DNA from: Candidatus Eiseniibacteriota bacterium
Lineage (GTDB): Bacteria; Eisenbacteria; RBG-16-71-46
Length of the DNA: 64,000 nt
Assembly (NCBI GenBank): GCA_031370785.1
Contig: JANMQY010000023.1
Span: 1-64,000, forward strand
Direction of reading: 5' to 3'
Shown here piece after piece: positions 11,047 to 19,881 of this stretch. Positions within the stretch are counted from its first letter, which is position 1, and each line of letters begins with the position of its first letter. The translations under genes were made by a program, and so were the position numbers. Below the pieces are notes generated by a model that saw nothing but the letters and a program-made list of their open reading frames with translations, had not been told where the DNA came from and did not search any database.

Positions 11047-11832
11047 TCAGCTCCGCAGCAGGACGATCACGAGCAGCAGGGCGAGCGCGGCGCGGTACGC
11101 GAAGAACGCGAGGAACCCGCCGCGGCTCAGCCAGCGCAGCAGGCCGCGGATGGCAAGGAGGCCGACGATGGCGGCGGTGATCATTCCGGCGGCGAGTGTC
11201 GTCACCGGCAGGTCCGGACTCAGGTGGCGCAGCTCGAGCAGGCCGGCCCCGAAGGTGATCGGGGTCGCGAGCAGGAATGAGAAGCGAGCTGCCTCCACCC
11301 GATCGACCGCGGCCGCGCGCCCCGCGGTGATGGTGACGCCGGAGCGTGAGACGCCGGGCACCAGCGCCAGCGCCTGCGCCACTCCCATCAGCAACGCCGC
11401 GCCCCAGCCCGGCGGCCCCTCGCGCTGCGGGCGCACCCGATCCACCCACCACAGCAGGAAGCCGAACACGAACAGCATGGCGGCCTGGAGCGCGAGGTTG
11501 CGCAGCAGCGTTTCGGCCGCGTCCTTGAGCAGCAGGCCCGCGATCGCGGCGGGGACCGAGCACACGATCAGCTGGAGCCATGTGGTGCGGACTCGCGCAC
11601 GTTCTTCCGCGCTGCCTCGGAAAACGCCCTGCACCAGCGCCCACCAGTCGGCGCGGAACGCGAGCAGCAGCGCGAACAGCGTGCCCCAGTGCAGAGCGAC
11701 ATCGAACGCGAGCCCGGCGTACGTCCAGCCCAGCAGGCGCGGCACGATGAACAGGTGCGCGCTGCTCGACACCGGCAGGAATTCGGTGAGGCCCTGCACC
11801 GCTCCGAGCACGATCGCCTGGAAGAGGGACAT
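11047..11832 (-). CDS. uppP: Undecaprenyl-diphosphate phosphatase
   Basis: QGLTEFLPVSSSAH and PGVSRSG motifs, multiple TM helices. Confidence 0.93.
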   Translation of the reverse strand: MSLFQAIVLGAVQGLTEFLPVSSSAHLFIVPRLLGWTYAGLAFDVALHWGTLFALLLAFRADWWALVQGVFRGSAEERARVRTTWLQLIVCSVPAAIAGLLLKDAAETLLRNLALQAAMLFVFGFLLWWVDRVRPQREGPPGWGAALLMGVAQALALVPGVSRSGVTITAGRAAAVDRVEAARFSFLLATPITFGAGLLELRHLSPDLPVTTLAAGMITAAIVGLLAIRGLLRWLSRGGFLAFFAYRAALALLLVIVLLRS

Positions 11833-11889
11833 GGGCACGCAAGCTAGCACGCGCCGCCCTGTCCGACCAGGCCCGCGGGGCGCACGCGG

Positions 11890-13494
11890 GTGAACGAAGA
11901 GCGCAGGGTCGCGCGCAACGCCGGCACCGTCGGGTCGGCGACGCTGCTGTCACGGGTGCTGGGCCTGATCCGCGAGCAGGTGATGGCGAATCTGTTCGGC
12001 GCCGGGTTCGCGACCGATGCCTTCAACGTCGCGTTCCGCATTCCCAACCTGCTGCGTGACCTGTTCGCCGAAGGCGCGATGAGCTCGGCCTTCGTGCCGA
12101 CCTTCACCGAGTATCACCACCACCGGGGCCAGGCCGAAGCCTGGGCGCTGGGCCGCCAGCTCATGGTCTCGCTGTTCGCGGTCACGCTCGCGATCGTCGT
12201 GATCGGGTGGCTCGGCGCCGACTGGCTGGTGCGCGCGTTCGCATCCGGCTTCGCGCGAGTGCCGGGCAAGCTCGAGCTGACCGTGACGCTCACCCGCGTG
12301 ATGCTGCCGTTCCTGCCGATGGTGGCTCTGGCCGCGGCGGCGATGGGCATGCTCAACGCGCGCGGACAGTTCGCGGTGCCGGCGATGGCGCCCGCGCTGA
12401 TGAATCTCGGCATGGTCGTATTCGGAGTCGGCCTGATCCCCGTTTGCCGCGCGTTCGGCCAGCCCCCCATTCTCGCCATGGCGCTCGGGGTGGTGATCGG
12501 CGGCGCGCTCCAGTTCGCGGTGCAGCTTCCATCGCTCTACCGGCTCGGCTTTCGGTTGCGCTTCGAATGGCCGAGGGCCCACCCGGGCGTGCTGCGGGTC
12601 GCCGCCCTCATGGGTCCGGCCACGCTCGGCCTCGCCGCCACCCAGATCAATCTTCTGGTCAGCACCCAGATCGCGAGCCTGCTCCAGCAGGGCAGCGTCT
12701 CGTGGCTCTGGTACGCGTTCCGGCTGATGCAGCTCCCGATCGGTGTATTCGGCGTGGCGCTGGCCACGGTCAGCCTGCCGGCGCTTTCGCGCGCCGCGAT
12801 CGAGAAGGACATGCCCTCGCTCAAGGCGACGGTCTCGGCCACGCTGCGCCTGGTGTTCCTGCTCACGGTTCCGGCCGCGCTGTGGATGGCGGTGATGTCG
12901 CAGCCGATCATCGCACTCCTGTACCAGCACGGCCGGTTCCATGCGTTCGACACCGTGCAGTCGGCGAGCGCGCTGGTGATGTACTGCATCGGCCTGCCGG
13001 CATTCGCCGCGGTCGGCGTGCTGACCAGGACCTTCTACGCGCTGGGGGAGACTCGCGTGCCGGTGCAGGCCAGCTTCGTCTCGGTGCTGCTGAACCTGGT
13101 ACTGAACCTTCTGTTCATCGGCCCGCTCAAGGGTCTCGGGCTCGGCCACAACGGTCTCGCGCTCGCCGCTTCGGCGACTGCGATCGGCAACCTGATCCAG
13201 CTCTCGCTGTACCTGCGCAGGCGAGTCGGCGGATTCGAGGGGCGACGCATCGCGCGCACGCTTCTCCGCGTCGCTTTCGCCTCGGTGCTGGTATGCGGCG
13301 CCCTGTTCGCAGCGCTGGTTGCGCTCCACGGACGCTGGCACGGCGGCATCGTGCCCGAGGGCATCACCGTGTTCGTCGCATTCGTGTTCGCGGTCGTGGC
13401 GGGGTACGGGGTGATGAAGCTGCTGCGCGTCGAAGAGCTGGAGACCGTCGAGTCGCTGGCCGGATCGCTGCGCCGCCGTCTGCTCGGTCGCTAG
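11890..13494 (+). CDS. murJ: Lipid II flippase MurJ (MviN)
   Basis: SRVLGLIRE, DAFNVAFRIPNLLRDLFAEGA, RLMQLPIG; many TM helices. Confidence 0.95.
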   Translation: MNEERRVARNAGTVGSATLLSRVLGLIREQVMANLFGAGFATDAFNVAFRIPNLLRDLFAEGAMSSAFVPTFTEYHHHRGQAEAWALGRQLMVSLFAVTLAIVVIGWLGADWLVRAFASGFARVPGKLELTVTLTRVMLPFLPMVALAAAAMGMLNARGQFAVPAMAPALMNLGMVVFGVGLIPVCRAFGQPPILAMALGVVIGGALQFAVQLPSLYRLGFRLRFEWPRAHPGVLRVAALMGPATLGLAATQINLLVSTQIASLLQQGSVSWLWYAFRLMQLPIGVFGVALATVSLPALSRAAIEKDMPSLKATVSATLRLVFLLTVPAALWMAVMSQPIIALLYQHGRFHAFDTVQSASALVMYCIGLPAFAAVGVLTRTFYALGETRVPVQASFVSVLLNLVLNLLFIGPLKGLGLGHNGLALAASATAIGNLIQLSLYLRRRVGGFEGRRIARTLLRVAFASVLVCGALFAALVALHGRWHGGIVPEGITVFVAFVFAVVAGYGVMKLLRVEELETVESLAGSLRRRLLGR

Positions 13495-14663
13495 CGAGGA
13501 GCTTTCGGCCGGTTGCCCAGACTCCATAGCCGCGGCAGCGCACCGAACGCGCGCAGCCGGCCGGGGCGCCACAGCGCCGAGAGGATCTCGAGCGCCAGCC
13601 ACGCCGCATAGATCACGCACACTTCCTCGCGCCACTCCGGGCGCAGGAACTGGGCGAACCACAGCGCGAACAGGCCGAGCGCCTCGTACGCGTGGAAGTT
13701 CAGGTTCGAGAGCAGCACGATGCCGAGCACGCTCTGCAGCAGCGTGAGGAGCAGCTCCATCCGGTGCTCGGCGATCGGGACCGCCGTGATCTGTCCCAGC
13801 GAGAGCGAATAGACGATCGGGATCATCGCGGCCAGCACCGTCCACTGATTGATGTTGGAAGAGACCATGTTCATCAGCGCCATGCCGGCCTTGCCCCGGC
13901 CCTGCGCCCAGTAGAACGTGGTGGTGAACTCCGGGAACTCCGAGAGGAACGGCGCGACCCACTGGACGAACACGAATTGCGAGATGCCGAGCCAGGTCGC
14001 CATCCCGATCATGCTGTGCAGGAACGGACCCGCGCTGAAGTAGAGCGCGATCCCGCCGGCCACGAACATCCCGATGATCACGATCGGACGCCACGGCAGC
14101 CTGAGTCGCAGCACCGCGCGCGGCACGCCGGCCACGTCCTCGATCTCCTCGTGCTGCCGTGGTGGGATGCGCTGCACCAGCGTCAGGTAGGCGGCGTAGA
14201 GCGCGAGCAGCACGCCTGAGTCCACGCAGTCGAGCGTGCCCTTGGCGGTGATCCAGCCGAAGTAGAGGAGCGGCGGCGTCATGCCGATCACCTCGGCCGC
14301 GTGTTCCTCCTCGAGTTCGATCGCGGTCCAGAACCCGGACTCACCGCGCCGCCGGCGCGCGATCGCATGCATGGTCCAGATCATCGGCCAGCCGAGTCCG
14401 GTGAGCAGACGCAGCGCGCCGGTGAAGTTCGCGGTCATGAGCGCCACGTCGCGGTGCCATGCGATCACGGCTTCGACCGCGAATTCGGGCAGCACCTGGA
14501 TCCACGCGAGCAGCGCGAGCGCGAGCCCCTGCGAGACGTAGAACTGTGCCGCCTCGGCGCCCCATGCCACCACGAACGCACTCGCGAGAATCGACGGGAA
14601 GGTCCACACCGCCTGCAGTGCGGCGCGCCGCGCTTCCTCGGGCGGAATCTCGAGCGGGGTCAC
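13491..14663 (-). CDS. Sodium/calcium-exchanger-related membrane protein (CaCA superfamily); start uncertain
   Basis: Two alpha-repeat-like motifs (LPEFAVE...ANFTGA and SEFPEF...SSNINQWT) in a multi-TM protein. Confidence 0.7.
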   Translation of the reverse strand: MTPLEIPPEEARRAALQAVWTFPSILASAFVVAWGAEAAQFYVSQGLALALLAWIQVLPEFAVEAVIAWHRDVALMTANFTGALRLLTGLGWPMIWTMHAIARRRRGESGFWTAIELEEEHAAEVIGMTPPLLYFGWITAKGTLDCVDSGVLLALYAAYLTLVQRIPPRQHEEIEDVAGVPRAVLRLRLPWRPIVIIGMFVAGGIALYFSAGPFLHSMIGMATWLGISQFVFVQWVAPFLSEFPEFTTTFYWAQGRGKAGMALMNMVSSNINQWTVLAAMIPIVYSLSLGQITAVPIAEHRMELLLTLLQSVLGIVLLSNLNFHAYEALGLFALWFAQFLRPEWREEVCVIYAAWLALEILSALWRPGRLRAFGALPRLWSLGNRPKAPR

Positions 14664-14746
14664 GCGGGGAGCCGGGTCGGCCGCACGCGGCGATTCGCGC
14701 CGGGTCGCGCGAGAAGGAGAGGGTCGGCAGCGTTGGTGACGGGCAC
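14660..14746 (-). CDS. Putative 28-aa upstream ORF coupled to the exchanger gene
   Basis: SD GGAGGT then GTG gives MPVTNAADPLLLARPGANRRVRPTRLPA*. Its TGA overlaps the exchanger GTG (GTGA). Confidence 0.3.
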   Translation of the reverse strand: MPVTNAADPLLLARPGANRRVRPTRLPA

Positions 14747-15044
14747 GAGACCTCCGGCGCGAAGGGTGAACGACTTGTGAGCTGAAAAGCGCGCCGATAC
14801 TCTGGCACGCGGATGAGAGCGTCAAGATCGAAGCGACAGACGGCACTGGCGTCGCTGCTGGTTTTCGCCGCGGCGATGGCCGCGCGCGACCCGAGCTCCG
14901 CGGCGCTGGCCCGGACGCGCCGGTCGCGCGAGGGCACGCCGGCCCGCGCCGACGCTCGTGCGCGCTCAGCGTGCGAGCGGGTATGGCGCGAAGCCGACAT
15001 GGCCGGGACCTCCGCCGCCCGGGCGGCATCGAAAACGCGCCATG

Positions 15045-15073
15045 TTGACCGACCGAACGCTCCCGCCTAGGAT
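15045..15073 (+). promoter_or_regulatory. Sigma-70-type promoter of the bsh operon
   Basis: TTGACC (15045-50), 17 nt spacer, TAGGAT (15068-73). Confidence 0.65.
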
Positions 15074-15083
15074 GCTGCCTTCC

Positions 15084-15152
15084 ATGCTCATTCCGTGTTG
15101 CGCCGTTCTTCACGGCGAGGCCCCGCTCCGGTGTCGGAAGCCGTGCGCCTGA
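15084..15152 (+). CDS. Putative Cys-rich leader peptide MLIPCCAVLHGEAPLRCRKPCA
   Basis: ATG lies 10 nt after the -10 box; 4 of 22 residues are Cys; the stop overlaps the bshC ATG (TGATG). Confidence 0.45.
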   Translation: MLIPCCAVLHGEAPLRCRKPCA

Positions 15153-16768
15153 TGAGCCGTTCGCTCGCCGTGCGCGCGCGGGTCCGCCCACGCCTCGAGC
15201 CTCCGCTCGATCGCTTCCACGACGCTCTGATCGACGATCTCACCGCCGCCGGGCCGCTGTCCCGCGAGCGCTTCACCACGGCATGGAGCGACACCGACGC
15301 GCTGCGCAGGCTGGCCGAGTCCAAGCGCGCGCCGCTCCCGCCCGCTCTCGCGGCCGCCATGGTCGAACAGCATCGCAGGCTCGGGGCGTCGCCTGAGTCC
15401 CTCCGCGGGCTCGAGCGTCTGGCGCGCGGCGAAGCGGTGTGCGCGGTCGCGGGGCAGCAACCGGCGCCGCTCGGCGGGCCGCTCTACTCCCTGCACAAGA
15501 CCGCGGCCACGGTCGGCCTCGCGGCTTCGATCGAGGCGCGCACCGGCGTGCGATGCGTGCCGATGTTCTGGGTGCACGGCGAGGACTCCGATTTCAACGA
15601 GATCCGGGGCGCGACGATCGCGGACGCTTCGCTGGCGCTGCACGAACTCGCGCTGCCCGAAAGCGCCCATCGCGGAGGAGAGCTGGTGGGCAACGTCGCG
15701 CTGGCCCCCCTCGACGCGCTCGAGCGCGAGGCGCTGGCGCTGTGGAGCGGGCTGCCCGGTGCGCCGGAGGTTGCCGCGCTGCTCGAGAGCGCGCGCGGCG
15801 CGGCGCGCGATCTCGGCGAAGCGAGCGCGGCGCTGATGCTGCGCCTGTTCGACGGTGCTGGACTCGTGGTCGTGGATCCGAGGTTGCCGGCGTTTCGCGA
15901 TGCGGCGCGCCCGATCCTCGACCGCTACCTCGCGAACGCCGAGGAACTCTCCGCGCACGCGCGCCGCGCAGGTGCGCTGCTTCAGCAGCGCATCGGACGC
16001 CAGCCGCTGAGCGAAGCCTCGCTCGACTCGTTCGTATTCGCGGTGGACGACGGTGTGCGGCGCAAGATCTCGCCGGATGAGGCGCGGGCGCGCGACCGCT
16101 CGCTGCCGCTGTCGCCGAGCGTGGCGCTCAGGCCCGTGGTGCAGGACGGTGTGTTTCCCACGGTCGCGATGGCGTGCGGACCGGGCGAGATCGCGTACCT
16201 CGCCCAGCTGCGCGAGGTGTTCGAAGGCGTGGGCATTCAGCCGGCCTGCCCGGTGGCGCGGCTCAGCGTGACCTGGCTTCCGCCCTCCGCGGTCGAGCTG
16301 CTCGAGGTCTCGGGTGCGGACCCGGCGACCCTCATCGGGAACGTGGATACCGTGCTGCGCACGCTGGCCGAGCGCCAGACACCTGAGGCGGCGCGCGCGG
16401 CGCTGGCCAGCGCGCGTGCCGAAGCCATGCGCGGGCTCGAACGCCTGAGCGAGGCGGCGAAGCGCGTGGATGCGAGCCTCGCGCAGCTGGTCGAGTCGGC
16501 CCGCGGCAAGGTGGAGTTCCAGTACGCGCGCCTCGACGAAGGCATCGCCGGCAAGGTGCGCCAGAAGCTCGAGCGCGTGCACCCGGAATGGCCGCGCCTG
16601 CGCTACTACCTCATGCCCGGCGAGAAGACTCAGGAGCGGCGACTGGCTTCGCTCGAGCCGGTGGCGCGACGCGGGCCCGGTGTGGGCGAAGGTCTGTGCG
16701 AGCTGGCAATCGAGCATGCGACGCGCCTCGCCGAGAAATGCTACGAGCACCTGGTGGTGGACCTGTGA
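15152..16768 (+). CDS. bshC: Bacillithiol biosynthesis cysteine-adding enzyme BshC
   Basis: AGQQ..GGPLYSLHK, FWVHGEDSDFNEI, SPSVALRPVVQD..P, GPGEIAYLAQL, QERR; adjacent to bshB1 and bshA. Confidence 0.88.
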   Translation: MSRSLAVRARVRPRLEPPLDRFHDALIDDLTAAGPLSRERFTTAWSDTDALRRLAESKRAPLPPALAAAMVEQHRRLGASPESLRGLERLARGEAVCAVAGQQPAPLGGPLYSLHKTAATVGLAASIEARTGVRCVPMFWVHGEDSDFNEIRGATIADASLALHELALPESAHRGGELVGNVALAPLDALEREALALWSGLPGAPEVAALLESARGAARDLGEASAALMLRLFDGAGLVVVDPRLPAFRDAARPILDRYLANAEELSAHARRAGALLQQRIGRQPLSEASLDSFVFAVDDGVRRKISPDEARARDRSLPLSPSVALRPVVQDGVFPTVAMACGPGEIAYLAQLREVFEGVGIQPACPVARLSVTWLPPSAVELLEVSGADPATLIGNVDTVLRTLAERQTPEAARAALASARAEAMRGLERLSEAAKRVDASLAQLVESARGKVEFQYARLDEGIAGKVRQKLERVHPEWPRLRYYLMPGEKTQERRLASLEPVARRGPGVGEGLCELAIEHATRLAEKCYEHLVVDL

Positions 16769-17493
16769 GCACGCTGGATGCGGTGTTCTTCGGCGCTCAT
16801 CCGGATGACATCGAGCTGACCTCGGGCGGACTCGCCGCGCTGCTCGCCAGCCACGGCCACCGCGTCGGGCTGGTGGATCTGACGCGGGGCGAGGGCGCGA
16901 GCCGGGGGACCATCGAAGAGCGAAACGCCGAGGCACAGGCCGCGGCGCGACTGCTCGGCGTGACCTCGCGCGAGACCCTCTCGCTCCCGGACCTGGGGCT
17001 GGACCGCTCCGATCGCGCGCAGCTGCGCGCGGTGGTGACCTGCCTGCGCGCGCACACGCCGCGGCTGGTGGTCGCGCCCGGCCGCGACGACGATCACCCA
17101 GACCACGTCGAAGCCCATCACCTGGTGAGTCGCGCGTGCTACCTCGCGGGGCTGGTGCGCTTCGATGCGCCCGGTGCGCGCCATCGGCCCGACCGCGTGC
17201 TCTACGCGCTGTATCGCGGCGCCGCGCGCGCTCACCTGGTGGTGGACGTGAGCGCGGTGTGGGAGCGGCGCGTCGCGGCGCTCGCCGCGCACCGCTCCCA
17301 GCTCGATCCGGCGGCGGGACCGTCGACCTATCTCACCGCTCCGGGGTTTCTCGGCGAGGTCGAGGCGCGCGCGCGGCTGTGGGGCGCCTCGATCGGCGCG
17401 CGCTATGGCGAAGGCTATCGCACGCGCGGCCCGCTCGCGCTCACCGACGCGCGCGCGCTGCTGGCGCCGGTGCTCGACGGGGCGCCGGCTTGA
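16765..17493 (+). CDS. bshB1: GlcNAc-malate deacetylase BshB1 (PIG-L family)
   Basis: GAHPDDIE, DLTRGE, HPDH, HRSQ; GTGA coupling to bshC. Confidence 0.88.
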   Translation: MSTLDAVFFGAHPDDIELTSGGLAALLASHGHRVGLVDLTRGEGASRGTIEERNAEAQAAARLLGVTSRETLSLPDLGLDRSDRAQLRAVVTCLRAHTPRLVVAPGRDDDHPDHVEAHHLVSRACYLAGLVRFDAPGARHRPDRVLYALYRGAARAHLVVDVSAVWERRVAALAAHRSQLDPAAGPSTYLTAPGFLGEVEARARLWGASIGARYGEGYRTRGPLALTDARALLAPVLDGAPA

Positions 17494-18770
17494 AGGCGCG
17501 CGGGACCAGGCGCCGCGCCGGCACCTCGCGCGGCAGCGGCGCGCCGAGCAGGCGGGCACCGAAGACGCGTGCCGCACGCACGGCGAAGGTCGGACGTATG
17601 GCGAAGGTCGCACGCGCGAGCAGGGTCGTGCCGGCGCGCGTGGCCCGCGTGAAGCGGAGGCGCCGGATCGGCATCACCTGCTACTCGCACTTCGGCGGGA
17701 GCGGCGTGGTCGCGACCGAGCTCGGGCTCGCTCTCGCGCGCCGCGGATTCGAAGTGCACTTCATCGCGCACCGGCTTCCGTTCCGGCTGCGCAGCTTCGA
17801 GTCGAATGTGTTCTTCCACGAAGTGATGGCCGCGAACTATCCGGTGTTCGAGCAGGCCCCCGCGAATCTCGCGCTCACCACCAAGATGGTGGAGGTGGTC
17901 GAGAACTACGATCTCGACGTGCTGCACGTCCATTACGCGATGCCGTTCGCGGCCAGCGCGTACCTCGCACGCCAGCTGCTGCTGCCCCGCCAGCTCGGCG
18001 TGGTGACGACCCTGCATGGCACCGACATCACCGTGGTCGGAGTGGAGCCGGCGTTCTTCCGCGTCACCCAGTTCAGCATCCAGTCGAGTGACCGGTTGAC
18101 CGCGGTGAGCCGCTTTCTCAAGGACCGCGCCGAGTCCACCTTCGGAATCACGCGACCGATCGAGGTGATCTACAACTTCGTGGATCCGGAAGTGTTCGCG
18201 CCGCGGCGCCGCGCCGGACTGCGCCTGGCTTCGCCCGACACCCGGATCCTGATGCATGCTTCCAACTTCCGCCCGGTCAAGAATATCCCGACAGTGGTTC
18301 ACGTGTTCGCCGAGGTGCGCAAGCGCCTTCCGTCCAAGCTGGTGATGGTCGGGGACGGCCCGGAGAAGGCGCCGGCCGAGGCGCTGGCGCGCGAGCTGGG
18401 CGTGGAGCGCGACGTGCTGTTCCTCGGGAATCAGGATTGCATGGAGGAATTGCTGCCTCTGGCCGATGTTTTTCTCCTGCCGAGCTCCTCGGAGAGTTTT
18501 GGTCTGGTCGCGCTCGAAGCCATGAGCGCCGAGGTGCCGGTGGTCACGTCGAATGCCGGCGGACTGCCCGAAGTGGTGGAGCACGGTGTCACCGGCTTCC
18601 TCCACGATCCGGAGCACGTCTCCGGCTTCGTCACCTCGGTGATGAAGCTGCTGACCAACGAGCCCCTGCGCCGCACCATGGGTCGGCGCGGTCGTCGCGA
18701 AGCGAAGCGCCGCTTCAGCGTGGACGAGATGGTCGGACGCTACATCCAGGTCTATGACTCGCTGAGTTGA
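17490..18770 (+). CDS. bshA: N-acetyl-alpha-D-glucosaminyl L-malate synthase BshA. Start is TTG 17490, or ATG/GTG up to 17649.
   Basis: IGITCY..GGSGVVATELG, HVHYAMP, TTLHGTDIT, HASNFRPVK, ESFGLVALEAM. Confidence 0.93.
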   Translation: MKARGTRRRAGTSRGSGAPSRRAPKTRAARTAKVGRMAKVARASRVVPARVARVKRRRRIGITCYSHFGGSGVVATELGLALARRGFEVHFIAHRLPFRLRSFESNVFFHEVMAANYPVFEQAPANLALTTKMVEVVENYDLDVLHVHYAMPFAASAYLARQLLLPRQLGVVTTLHGTDITVVGVEPAFFRVTQFSIQSSDRLTAVSRFLKDRAESTFGITRPIEVIYNFVDPEVFAPRRRAGLRLASPDTRILMHASNFRPVKNIPTVVHVFAEVRKRLPSKLVMVGDGPEKAPAEALARELGVERDVLFLGNQDCMEELLPLADVFLLPSSSESFGLVALEAMSAEVPVVTSNAGGLPEVVEHGVTGFLHDPEHVSGFVTSVMKLLTNEPLRRTMGRRGRREAKRRFSVDEMVGRYIQVYDSLS

Positions 18771-18774
18771 GCCC

Positions 18775-19881
18775 ATGCTCGGGAAACGTCGACGACTCGC
18801 GCTGCTTGCCGAAGGTTGCTTCGCCCCGATGGATGCGAAGACCGCCGTCGGCATTCTGCGCTACTGCGAAGGCGAGGTCTCGGCGGTGATCGACTCGACG
18901 CGAGCCGGGCAGACCGCCGCTGCATGCGTCGGGGTGGGCGGCATGGTTCCGGTGGTCGCCGATCTCGCCGGCGCCGCGGCGCGTGGCGCCGACAGCCTGC
19001 TGATCGGCATCGCGCCGCAGGGCGGCGACCTGCCCGCTGCGTGGCGCGACATGGTGCGCGACGCGCTCGGGCGCGGATGGGACGTGCTCTCCGGTCTGCA
19101 CGCGTTCCTCGATGACGATCCCGAGTTCCACGCGCTGGCGGCCGAGCGCGGCGCGCGCATCTTCGACGCGCGACGCCCGCCGCGCGCCCGACATCTCTCG
19201 GCCGGCCGGGCCGCCGCGCTGGACGCACTGGTGGTGCTGACCGTGGGCAGCGACTGCAACGTCGGGAAGATGACCACCACGCTCGAGCTGCGACGCGATC
19301 TGATCGCGCGCGGATTACGCGCCGCGTTCGTCGCGACGGGCCAGACCGGGATCTTTGTCGCCGATCGCGGGGTCGCGGTGGACGCGGTGCCCGCCGACTT
19401 CGTGGCCGGCGCGGTCGAACGCCTGGTGATGGACGCGGCCCGCGACGCCGACATCGTTCTGGTCGAGGGCCAGGGCGCGCTGCACCATCCGGCCTATTCG
19501 GGCGTCACGCTGGCGCTGCTGCACGGCGCCGCGCCTGCCGTGCTGGTGCTGTGTCACCAGGCGGGGCGCGAACGCATCCGGATCTCTGCGGTGATGGGAG
19601 CCGGGCGTCCGATCCCTTCACTCGCGCGGCTGCGCAACGACTACGAGCAGGCCGCGGCATGGGTCGAGCCGGCGAAGGTCGTCGGGCTGTCGCTCAACAC
19701 GCTCGGGCTCGAGGACGCCGCGGCGCGCGAGGCGGTCAGCGGCGGCGCCCGCGAGCTGGGCGTGCCCGCCTGCGATCCGGTGCGCTTTGGTGCGAAGGCG
19801 ATTGCGGATGCAGTGGTCGAAGCGCTGGCCGCGCGGCGGGCAGTGCGTGGAGCGGGGAGGTCGCGTGCGACTTCGGCATGA
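18775..19881 (+). CDS. DUF1611 family P-loop protein (DgcN-like)
   Basis: AKTAVG, IGIAPQGG, GLH, VGSDCNVGKMTT, ATGQTG, EGQG..HPAYS. Confidence 0.88.
   Translation: MLGKRRRLALLAEGCFAPMDAKTAVGILRYCEGEVSAVIDSTRAGQTAAACVGVGGMVPVVADLAGAAARGADSLLIGIAPQGGDLPAAWRDMVRDALGRGWDVLSGLHAFLDDDPEFHALAAERGARIFDARRPPRARHLSAGRAAALDALVVLTVGSDCNVGKMTTTLELRRDLIARGLRAAFVATGQTGIFVADRGVAVDAVPADFVAGAVERLVMDAARDADIVLVEGQGALHHPAYSGVTLALLHGAAPAVLVLCHQAGRERIRISAVMGAGRPIPSLARLRNDYEQAAAWVEPAKVVGLSLNTLGLEDAAAREAVSGGARELGVPACDPVRFGAKAIADAVVEALAARRAVRGAGRSRATSA

Noticed and set aside
14803..14818. TGGCACGCGGATGAGA, a perfect sigma-54 -24 box
   Set aside because: There is no GC at the -12 position (GG-N10-AG), so it does not fit an RpoN promoter.
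14813..15070. 85-aa ORF in the exchanger/bshC intergenic region
   Set aside because: Low-complexity Ala/Arg sequence with no SD or motif, and it runs over the predicted bsh promoter.
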